A stretch of DNA of 55,596 nucleotides from Myxococcota bacterium (GTDB taxonomy: Bacteria > Myxococcota > XYA12-FULL-58-9 > JALHOP01): assembly GCA_041288095.1 (NCBI GenBank), contig JBGGMJ010000053.1:1-55596 (forward strand), given 5' to 3'. The notes beneath the pieces are model-generated. The model saw only the letters and a program-made list of their open reading frames with translations. It did no database searches and was not told where the DNA came from. This document shows positions 48,804-55,596 of the stretch, one piece after another. Each line of letters opens with the position of its first letter. Positions within the stretch are counted from its first letter, which is position 1. The position numbers and the translations under genes are program-made.

Positions 48804-50783
48804 ATGCTGGTTCCATGTTTGCAGTGCAAGAGTCCTGTGTTCGTAAGCGGCTCGGCCGTCGCGGCGGGAGACGTGCGTTCGACTTGCGGTAACTGCGGCA
48901 CCGCCCTCGTCGTCGAGCGCGGCGGCGTGGTGCGCCTCGCCGAGCCACCCCCAGGGCCGGCCGCGGCGCCCCAACTCATCGTGCCGCCGACCTTCGAGCC
49001 GCCGTCACACGCGACCACGATGCGAGAATTCGCTATAGCGGATGAATCGCCAGCGACGAACGATGGTCCCGACGCGGACGCGTTCTACGTGGCACGGCAG
49101 CCGCCCGTCGACGCGCGCAACTTCGACGCGTTGCTCGGCGCCGACGTGCGCGCCTACGTCGACGACCCGCGCGAAGCGCCGCGCGAGGAAGCCCCACAAG
49201 CGGCGTTCAGCGGCCCCGCCTCTTTCGGCGCCGACGAACAGCTAGCGCCGGCCCTGCCGCCACCGCTGCCGCCGCCTCGGGTGCTACCCGACTTCGCGCC
49301 GGCCGAGCCCCTGCAACAAGCGAGCGGCCCCGAGCTCACCCCGCCGGAGCAGACGTTCGTGCCCGCGGACGCGAGCCATACGCCGATCAACATGCCGTTC
49401 GATGCGCCTGCCGTCGAAAACGTCGATGAGCCGCCGCCGGCCGAGCCACCGCCGCTCATGCCGGGACCGCCAAAGCACTTCGCGGGCGAAAGCCGCTACG
49501 AGCCGCTCGCGCGCGAAAGGCCGCCGGCTCTCATGTTCCCGTCGGCGAACGTCGGTGGCATGAGCGGTCCGGCCCGCGAGGCCGAGCAAACGCGGCCGTC
49601 GCAGGTCATGCGCGCCGAGTCAGCGCCGCCGACTCCATTGGCCGAGCCGGTGCTGCTCACCGATCCGACGCCCGCGCCGGAGGTCTTGGATCTCGCCCAA
49701 GACATGCCGGAGTGGAGCGGCGAGTCCTTCGATGAGGCCGCCGCGTACGTGCCACCCTTCGCATCGCAGCTGGCCGACGACGACAATGCCGGAGCCGAGC
49801 GGCAGCGCCGCGGCACCTATCCGACGCCGGACAGCTACTTCGATGCCAGCGATCCGCTCGCGGCCGCCGAAGCGGACATCTACGCCGGGCACCAGGTCGT
49901 CTCGCCCACCGATCTCGTGGGTGACGCGTTCACGGCCATGGTTCCCCCCGTGGGGATCGAAGTTCCGCGCGACGCGTCGAGCGTCGAGCAGCCGATGCAA
50001 CCGCCGGTGGTGAACGACGACGCCGCGTTGGACGCCGAGGAGCTCGCGGCGCTGCGCGGCAACAAGAAGCGAGGCCTGTGGGCAGCCGCCGCGTGTCTCG
50101 TGTTTGCCGTCGGTGGCGCGAGCTATGCGGCAAGCCGGGGGTACCTCGACCCGTTGATCGCGAAGGTCGGCGAGATGATGGCGCGGAGCGCCGCGCCCGA
50201 GGAGGTCGGTGTCCCGAGCCCCGCTCCCGACGCCCCGAAGCCCGACGCGCCGATCGCCGAGGGAGCGAACGCCGACCAGCCGAACCCGGATGCTGCGAAA
50301 GCCGACACGGCAGTCGCCGGCGCGCCGACGGCCGACACCCCGAAGCCCGATGCGCCGACTGTCGAGTCGCCGAAAGCGGCTCAGCCGCCCGCCGACGGGA
50401 AGCCCGCCGATCCGCTGCCGCTCGATACCCAGGCCAAGGCCGGGCTCGCCAGTCCGTCCGCGATGACGGACAACACGACCGCTGGAGAAGCGAAACCGGC
50501 CGGCGCGCCGTCGAAGGCGCTGCAGGCTTGTTATTCCAAGGGCAACCGCTACCTGAACGCCAAGAAGATCAGCCTCGCGATCCGTGAGCTCAACAAGTGC
50601 TTGGACATCGACCCGACGTACGGCCGCACCTACCGGTCACTCGGTGTTGCTTACATGCAACTTGGTCGCGAGCGCAGCGCCATTCTCGCGTACGAGAAAT
50701 TCGTGGACTATGAGCCGCAGCACAAAGACGTCGCCAAGGTCCGCGAGATCATTGCCGACTATTACCGACGCCGTAAGAATTGA
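48804..50783 (+). CDS. Zn-ribbon + acidic/Pro-rich disordered linker + TM + periplasmic TPR protein
   Basis: CLQC...CGNC at the N-terminus, polyproline tracts (ALPPPLPPPR), TM GLWAAAACLVFAVGG and a C-terminal TPR (CLDIDPTYGRTYRSLGVAY). Confidence 0.8.
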   Translation: MLVPCLQCKSPVFVSGSAVAAGDVRSTCGNCGTALVVERGGVVRLAEPPPGPAAAPQLIVPPTFEPPSHATTMREFAIADESPATNDGPDADAFYVARQPPVDARNFDALLGADVRAYVDDPREAPREEAPQAAFSGPASFGADEQLAPALPPPLPPPRVLPDFAPAEPLQQASGPELTPPEQTFVPADASHTPINMPFDAPAVENVDEPPPAEPPPLMPGPPKHFAGESRYEPLARERPPALMFPSANVGGMSGPAREAEQTRPSQVMRAESAPPTPLAEPVLLTDPTPAPEVLDLAQDMPEWSGESFDEAAAYVPPFASQLADDDNAGAERQRRGTYPTPDSYFDASDPLAAAEADIYAGHQVVSPTDLVGDAFTAMVPPVGIEVPRDASSVEQPMQPPVVNDDAALDAEELAALRGNKKRGLWAAAACLVFAVGGASYAASRGYLDPLIAKVGEMMARSAAPEEVGVPSPAPDAPKPDAPIAEGANADQPNPDAAKADTAVAGAPTADTPKPDAPTVESPKAAQPPADGKPADPLPLDTQAKAGLASPSAMTDNTTAGEAKPAGAPSKALQACYSKGNRYLNAKKISLAIRELNKCLDIDPTYGRTYRSLGVAYMQLGRERSAILAYEKFVDYEPQHKDVAKVREIIADYYRRRKN

Positions 50784-50862
50784 GCGGGGTCGCGGCGCTC
50801 ACCCGCATGGCTTCGCCCTTGACCGTGTGTTTCCATAGTGGAACGCTCGGGGTGTTTCCCCC

Positions 50863-51537
50863 ATGGACGACTGTGATCTGAGCGCTGCTGACCGCTCCGC
50901 GATAGAAGAAGCCGAGAAGCTCGCGCAGGGCACCCACTGGGAAATTTTGGGTCTCATGGGCGAGCCTACGGCCACCGACGTCAAACGCGCCTACTTCGCG
51001 GTCTCGAAGCGCTACCACCCCGACCGCTATTTCGGAAAACGGCTCGGCCCCTACCGCGCCCGTCTCGAGGCGCTGTTCGTGCGCGCCAAGAAGGCGCATG
51101 ACGTTCTCGTCGATGACGAGCAGCGCAAGCAGTACGCCGCGAAGTACCCGGCGCCACAGCCGCCCCGTGAGCCGACTCCCGAGGAGATCGCGCGCGAAAA
51201 GCGACTCGAGGAACGCCGTAAGCAGATCGCCGGAGAGCGGAGCGCCAAGCGCAAGGAAGGTCTCAAGACCGAGCTCTTGGGGCTGAAGGTGCGTAAGCTC
51301 GCGAGCAATGCCCGCGCCGCGCTCGACTCTGGTGACCTCGAGGCGGCACGCTCAGCGGTCGAATCCCTGAGCGCGGAAAACCCCGACGACAAGGAGACGC
51401 TCTTTCTCTCGGGCCAACTCCTCGAAAAGCAGGGAAAACGCGTGCAGGCGCTCGCGCGCTATCGCGCGGCACGGGAGTTGGATGCGACCGACGCGGATGT
51501 TACAAAAGCCATTCAGCGTTTGACGGGGCGTGAGTGA
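50863..51537 (+). CDS. Class III J-domain protein with C-terminal TPR
   Basis: HWEILGL...VKRAYF..SKRYHPDR (HPD motif), then coiled coil and TPR; no G/F region or zinc finger. Confidence 0.9.
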   Translation: MDDCDLSAADRSAIEEAEKLAQGTHWEILGLMGEPTATDVKRAYFAVSKRYHPDRYFGKRLGPYRARLEALFVRAKKAHDVLVDDEQRKQYAAKYPAPQPPREPTPEEIAREKRLEERRKQIAGERSAKRKEGLKTELLGLKVRKLASNARAALDSGDLEAARSAVESLSAENPDDKETLFLSGQLLEKQGKRVQALARYRAARELDATDADVTKAIQRLTGRE

Positions 51538-53363
51538 ACAAGATCATTGGCATCGATTTGGGCACCACGAACTCCTGCGTCGCTATCGCGGAGCGCACCG
51601 GGCCGCGCGTGCTCGCCAACCGCCAGGGCCATAACACCACGCCATCGGTGATCGCGGTCACCGAGACCGGTAAGCGCCTGGTTGGCCAGCTCGCCAAGCG
51701 CCAGGGCATCACCAATCCGAAGAACACCATCCACGGCGCCAAGCGTCTGATTGGGCGGCGCTGGGAAGTGCCTGAAGTCCAACGCATGGTGAGCCTCGTG
51801 TCGTTCGTCTGCATGGAAGGCCCGCACAACGACGTGCGCGTCCACCTCGCGGACCGCGGCTACGCCATCCCCGAAGTCTCTTCGATGGTGCTTCAGGAGA
51901 TGAAGCTCATCGCCGAGCAACAGCTCGGTGAGACCATCAGTCAGGCCGTGGTTACGGTGCCGGCCTACTTCAACGACAACCAGCGCCAGGCCACCAAGGA
52001 CGCGGGCGCCATCGCTGGCCTCGACGTCGTGCGCATCATCAACGAGCCGACGGCGGCCGCTTTGGCGTACGGCTACGGCAAAGGGCTCGAGCAACGTGTC
52101 GCCATCTACGACTTCGGCGGCGGCACCTTCGACGTTTCCATCTTGAACATCGGCCAGGGTGTCTTCGAGGTGTTGTCTACGGCCGGCGATACCTTCCTCG
52201 GCGGCGAGGACTTCGACGAGCGCATCATCGAGTGGCTGCGTGGCGAGTTCATGCGCGAGCACGGCATCGACCTGCGCCAGGACAAGATGGCGCTCCAGCG
52301 TCTGCGCGACGCCGCCGAGAAGGCGAAGATCGATCTCTCGGCGCAGAACGAAACCGACATCAACTTGCCGTTCATCTCGTCGCCCGCGAAGGGCCAAGCG
52401 TTGCACCTGCAGCGCCGGCTCACCCGCGACAAGTTGGTCGAGCTGACGAGCGACCTCATCGAGCGCTCGATCGCCATTTGCGAGAAGGCCTTCAAGAGCG
52501 CCGACCTGAAGCTCGCGGAAACGAAGTCGGTCATCCTCGTGGGCGGCATGACGCGCATGCCGCGCATTCAGCAACGCGTGCAAGAATACTTCGGTATGCC
52601 GCCCTCGAAGGGCGTGCATCCGGACGAGGTCGTGGCTTGCGGTGCCGCTATCCAGGCGCAACTCCTCGCCGAAGGCTCACAAGACACGCTGCTCCTCGAC
52701 GTCACGCCGCACAATCTCGGCATCGTGGTCGCCGGCGGTCTCTTCGACGTGCTCATCGCCAAGGACACCACCATCCCGACGAGCTCGACCAAGGTGTTCA
52801 CGACGGTGCGCGACAATCAGGCGCAAGTCCGCATCATGGTCATGCAGGGCGATTCGGCGGTGCCGCAGCAGAACGAGCTACTGGGCGAGTTCGTGCTCGA
52901 CCAGCTGCCGTCGAAACCGCGCGGCGAGATCCAGATCGACGTGACCTTCACGATCAGCGCTGACGGTATCGTCAGCGTCGCGGCCAAGGACGTCGCCACC
53001 GGCCGTGCTCAGACGATTCAGGTCACGGCGTCGAGCGGTTTGACCCCGTCCGAGATCGCGGACATGACCGCGGAGAACCAGGACTACGTCACCGCGTTCG
53101 CCAAGCCCACCGAAAAAGACGCGGAGCAGGTGGATCTCGAGGGCCTGCTCAAGGACATCGAGCAGATCATGCCCAAAGTGTCGGCGGTCATCGCCGGCAC
53201 CGAGTTCGGCACCGAGGCGCTCAAGAAGGCCGCGGCCGCCGTCGAGCGCGCCAAGGCGGCCCTCGCCGGCAACCAACGCGACGCCATGGCGCTCGCGAAG
53301 GGGCCGCTGCAACGCGCGCTTTCGCTGTTCAAGACGGTGACCGCGAAGCTCGGCGGGCCGTGA
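51534..53363 (+). CDS. dnaK: Hsp70/DnaK-family chaperone (paralogue)
   Basis: IIGIDLGTTNS, TVPAYFND, RIINEPTAAA, DFGGGTFDVS, LVGGMTRMP, LLLDVTP and DNQ. Confidence 0.9.
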   Translation: MNKIIGIDLGTTNSCVAIAERTGPRVLANRQGHNTTPSVIAVTETGKRLVGQLAKRQGITNPKNTIHGAKRLIGRRWEVPEVQRMVSLVSFVCMEGPHNDVRVHLADRGYAIPEVSSMVLQEMKLIAEQQLGETISQAVVTVPAYFNDNQRQATKDAGAIAGLDVVRIINEPTAAALAYGYGKGLEQRVAIYDFGGGTFDVSILNIGQGVFEVLSTAGDTFLGGEDFDERIIEWLRGEFMREHGIDLRQDKMALQRLRDAAEKAKIDLSAQNETDINLPFISSPAKGQALHLQRRLTRDKLVELTSDLIERSIAICEKAFKSADLKLAETKSVILVGGMTRMPRIQQRVQEYFGMPPSKGVHPDEVVACGAAIQAQLLAEGSQDTLLLDVTPHNLGIVVAGGLFDVLIAKDTTIPTSSTKVFTTVRDNQAQVRIMVMQGDSAVPQQNELLGEFVLDQLPSKPRGEIQIDVTFTISADGIVSVAAKDVATGRAQTIQVTASSGLTPSEIADMTAENQDYVTAFAKPTEKDAEQVDLEGLLKDIEQIMPKVSAVIAGTEFGTEALKKAAAAVERAKAALAGNQRDAMALAKGPLQRALSLFKTVTAKLGGP

Positions 53364-54109
53364 GCAGCGGACTGTTGCAAGAAGGGTTGGAAGCCTATGC
53401 CCGCGGGGACTACGCCGCGGCCGCACGGGCTTGGTCGCGGGGTCAGCGCGAGGCGCCGAACGACAAGACGCTGTTGCAATATCTGCAGCACTTGCGCGGG
53501 CAGCAGCCGAAGGTGGTCGAAGCGGCCGAGCAGGAGCTCGAGCCGGCGAGTGCCGCCGTCGTCGCGAAGGCGTCGGATCCCGCGCTCACGGTGGTGAGGC
53601 CGGCGGTGCCGCCGGGGAAGGATCCGTGGGGCGAGCACGCATTACTTGGGCCGCCTGCAATCGTCAGTAGCGACGCGCCGGTGCTCGCGATCGTCGCCAA
53701 CACGTCGCGGGGCCAACCCAGCGCGGCGAGCTCCCTGGACAAGCTACTCGCCCGGCTACGTGACGCCGCCGAGCTCGATGACTTCTCCAGCACGCTCAAG
53801 CTCGCCGACGAGATCATCGCCATCGATCCCGCGAACGCCGAAGCGCGACGTGCCCGCGACCGCTCGCGCGCGGTGCTGACGCAGATGCACATTTCCGAGC
53901 TCGGCACTCTCGATGCCATTCCGATGGTCGCCGTCGCCGCCGACGAGATCATATGGCTGGATTTGGATCAGCGCTCGGGGTTCGTGCTGGCGCAGATTGA
54001 TGGGCGCTCGAGCTACAACGATATCGTTTCGGTGACCGGGATGGACGAGCTGGAAACGCTGGCGATTCTTTCGCGGTTGGCGAAGGACAAGATTATCTCG
54101 GCGCGGTAA
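53360..54109 (+). CDS. Hypothetical protein with TPR-like helices and a myxobacterial C-terminal domain
   Basis: GTGA overlap with the Hsp70 gene; C-terminal WLDLDQRSGFVLAQIDG...IVSVTGMDELETLAIL (wHTH-like). Confidence 0.75.
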   Translation: MSSGLLQEGLEAYARGDYAAAARAWSRGQREAPNDKTLLQYLQHLRGQQPKVVEAAEQELEPASAAVVAKASDPALTVVRPAVPPGKDPWGEHALLGPPAIVSSDAPVLAIVANTSRGQPSAASSLDKLLARLRDAAELDDFSSTLKLADEIIAIDPANAEARRARDRSRAVLTQMHISELGTLDAIPMVAVAADEIIWLDLDQRSGFVLAQIDGRSSYNDIVSVTGMDELETLAILSRLAKDKIISAR

Positions 54110-54118
54110 GCGGGAACC

Positions 54119-54146
54119 GATTACCGATTACCGATTACCGATCGCC
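54119..54146 (-). repeat. Second (GGTAATC)n array: 3 perfect + 1 degenerate unit, minus strand
   Basis: Plus strand reads GATTACC x3 (54119-54139) then GATCGCC. It encodes the last residues SVIGNR and the TAA stop of the metzincin gene. Confidence 0.92.
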
Positions 54147-55596
54147 GACGTCCGAGAATGAGGAGGCTCAGGAGGGCCAGCACGCTCGCATCGCCGCCGG
54201 TTGCCGCACACCCGCCACCGTCGTCGGTGTTCTCGTTGTTGCCGAGAAAACGTGCCGGGCCTTCCTTGAGCCAGCACCAACCTTCACTGCTGGCCTCGGC
54301 ACAGTAGAACCCGCCGTCGCTCTTCGCGTCGCCGTTGACGTCGATGTTGCCTGGGCAGCCCGCGCCGGTCACCGTGTTGCAGCGACGGCTGCACGCCGAC
54401 TTGCCGTTGAAGTTGTAGCAAACACCGCTCTGACACTCGCTCGACGAGCTGCACTCGACACCGAGCTCGCGCTTGGTGTTGACGCCGTAGGGTAGACATT
54501 CGCCCGTGCGGTCGTAGACCGCGGTGTCGCAGCAGAACGACAGCGGATCGCCGCAGTTGTCGTTGGTCGTGAAGCAGGTCTCGTTCGGGTTGCAGGCGAC
54601 CGAGGCGGAGCACAGGCCGTAGCAGAGCGCGCCGCCGGCGTTGTTACCGGGGTAGATGCACTTGGCGTTGGCTTCGCAGATGGCGTTCTCGGCGGTGACG
54701 CAGGTCTCGCCGATCTTGCGGACGGTGAAGCAGCCGCCTTGCTGATGGTTCTCGTCGGGCACCTTGCGGCAGGCGCCGAGCTCGGTCACGCCGTAGCAGC
54801 AATCCTGGTTGGGATCGGGGCAGCGCTGGCCGCTGTAGGACTGATCGGTGGCGTTGCAGTAATAAACGCAAGCGCCGATCGACGGCAGGCATGACGAGCC
54901 GCGGAAGCCCACGCAAATGAGGCTCGTGCCGCACTCGTAGTAAAAACCGTCGTTGGTGCCGGTGTTGAAGTCGGGGTCGTCGTTATAGCAGACCTCGTTG
55001 AGCTTGACGCGCGCGTCATCGAGGCCGCAGCTCGCCTCGTCGTCGGGCCAGCAGACCGAGATGTCGCCGGCGTTGAGGCACGAGAAGCCGGCCGGGCAGG
55101 GGAAGGCGGCGTCGCAGATCTCGGAGCAGTAACCGGTCTCGTCCTCTTCACCCGCGACGCAAAGGCCGTTGGCGCAGTCGCCCTCTTGGGCGCAGGGAAT
55201 GCACGAGTCACCGCCGGTGGTCGGGTCGACCGTCGAGCCGGTGTCGTGCAGACCGGGGCGGCAGAACTTGTTGGGCGCGTCGCCGTCGCAGATGTAGGCG
55301 GTTGGGCACTCGTCGGTGGTGTTGCAGAGATAGGTGCAGTTACCCCAACCCGCGGCTTCGGGGAACTCGGCGCCGACCACGCAGGTGAGCCCGGCCTGAC
55401 AGTTCGGTCCGCCATTGAAGTCGCACGCTTCGCCGAACGCGGGCTGATCACCGGTGGCTTCGCGCGGCGCATAGAGGTTGCAAATGGCGGTGGTCTCATG
55501 GACCGAGAGCTGACGAATCTCGGTGGTCGGGGTCGAGGTCGGATACATGACGGCGTCGGTGCACTGCACGTGGTTCAAGCCGATGAAGTGGCCGAC
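54121..55596 (-). CDS. 5'-truncated matrixin-like (metzincin) metalloprotease with Cys-rich repeats and MYXO-CTERM sorting signal
   Basis: Frame is open to the window edge: VGHFIGLNH (tail of HExxHxxGxxH) plus Met-turn AVMYP; many Cys-rich modules; C-terminal GGGCAATGG-hydrophobic-RRRS. Confidence 0.88.
   Translation of the reverse strand, partial: VGHFIGLNHVQCTDAVMYPTSTPTTEIRQLSVHETTAICNLYAPREATGDQPAFGEACDFNGGPNCQAGLTCVVGAEFPEAAGWGNCTYLCNTTDECPTAYICDGDAPNKFCRPGLHDTGSTVDPTTGGDSCIPCAQEGDCANGLCVAGEEDETGYCSEICDAAFPCPAGFSCLNAGDISVCWPDDEASCGLDDARVKLNEVCYNDDPDFNTGTNDGFYYECGTSLICVGFRGSSCLPSIGACVYYCNATDQSYSGQRCPDPNQDCCYGVTELGACRKVPDENHQQGGCFTVRKIGETCVTAENAICEANAKCIYPGNNAGGALCYGLCSASVACNPNETCFTTNDNCGDPLSFCCDTAVYDRTGECLPYGVNTKRELGVECSSSSECQSGVCYNFNGKSACSRRCNTVTGAGCPGNIDVNGDAKSDGGFYCAEASSEGWCWLKEGPARFLGNNENTDDGGGCAATGGDASVLALLSLLILGRRRSVIGNR

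Overview
GC-rich (roughly 65-67% by eye) chromosomal segment from a Myxococcota-like deltaproteobacterium, judged from the Glt gliding genes, a MYXO-CTERM protein and an FHA-sigma54 activator. The backbone is a complete G1-type gliding cluster: gltD-gltE-gltF-gltG-gltH (2157-10435), a 3563-aa gltI/agmK (20016-30707) and gltJ/agmX (33388-35142). Two blocks of unrelated genes (9.6 kb and 2.7 kb) interrupt it. Also present are a xanthine dehydrogenase-family operon with xdhC and a MocA-like gene, a cupredoxin / Cache-HAMP-Ser/Thr kinase / beta-barrel operon divergent from an FHA-sigma54 activator, an NtrC-OMP-mtnP operon, a Zn-ribbon-TPR / J-TPR / Hsp70 cluster and a truncated Cys-rich MYXO-CTERM metzincin. 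The most unusual non-coding signals are a (GGTAATC)n heptamer array, followed by a 31-bp hairpin and a four-helix-bundle gene (18444-18976), with the same heptamer recurring over another stop codon (54119-54146); a multi-hairpin leader upstream of gltD; and a 540-nt intragenic duplication at the left edge. I saw no rRNA, tRNA, CRISPR array, transposase or integrase. All family calls come from motif recognition by eye; no database searches were run.
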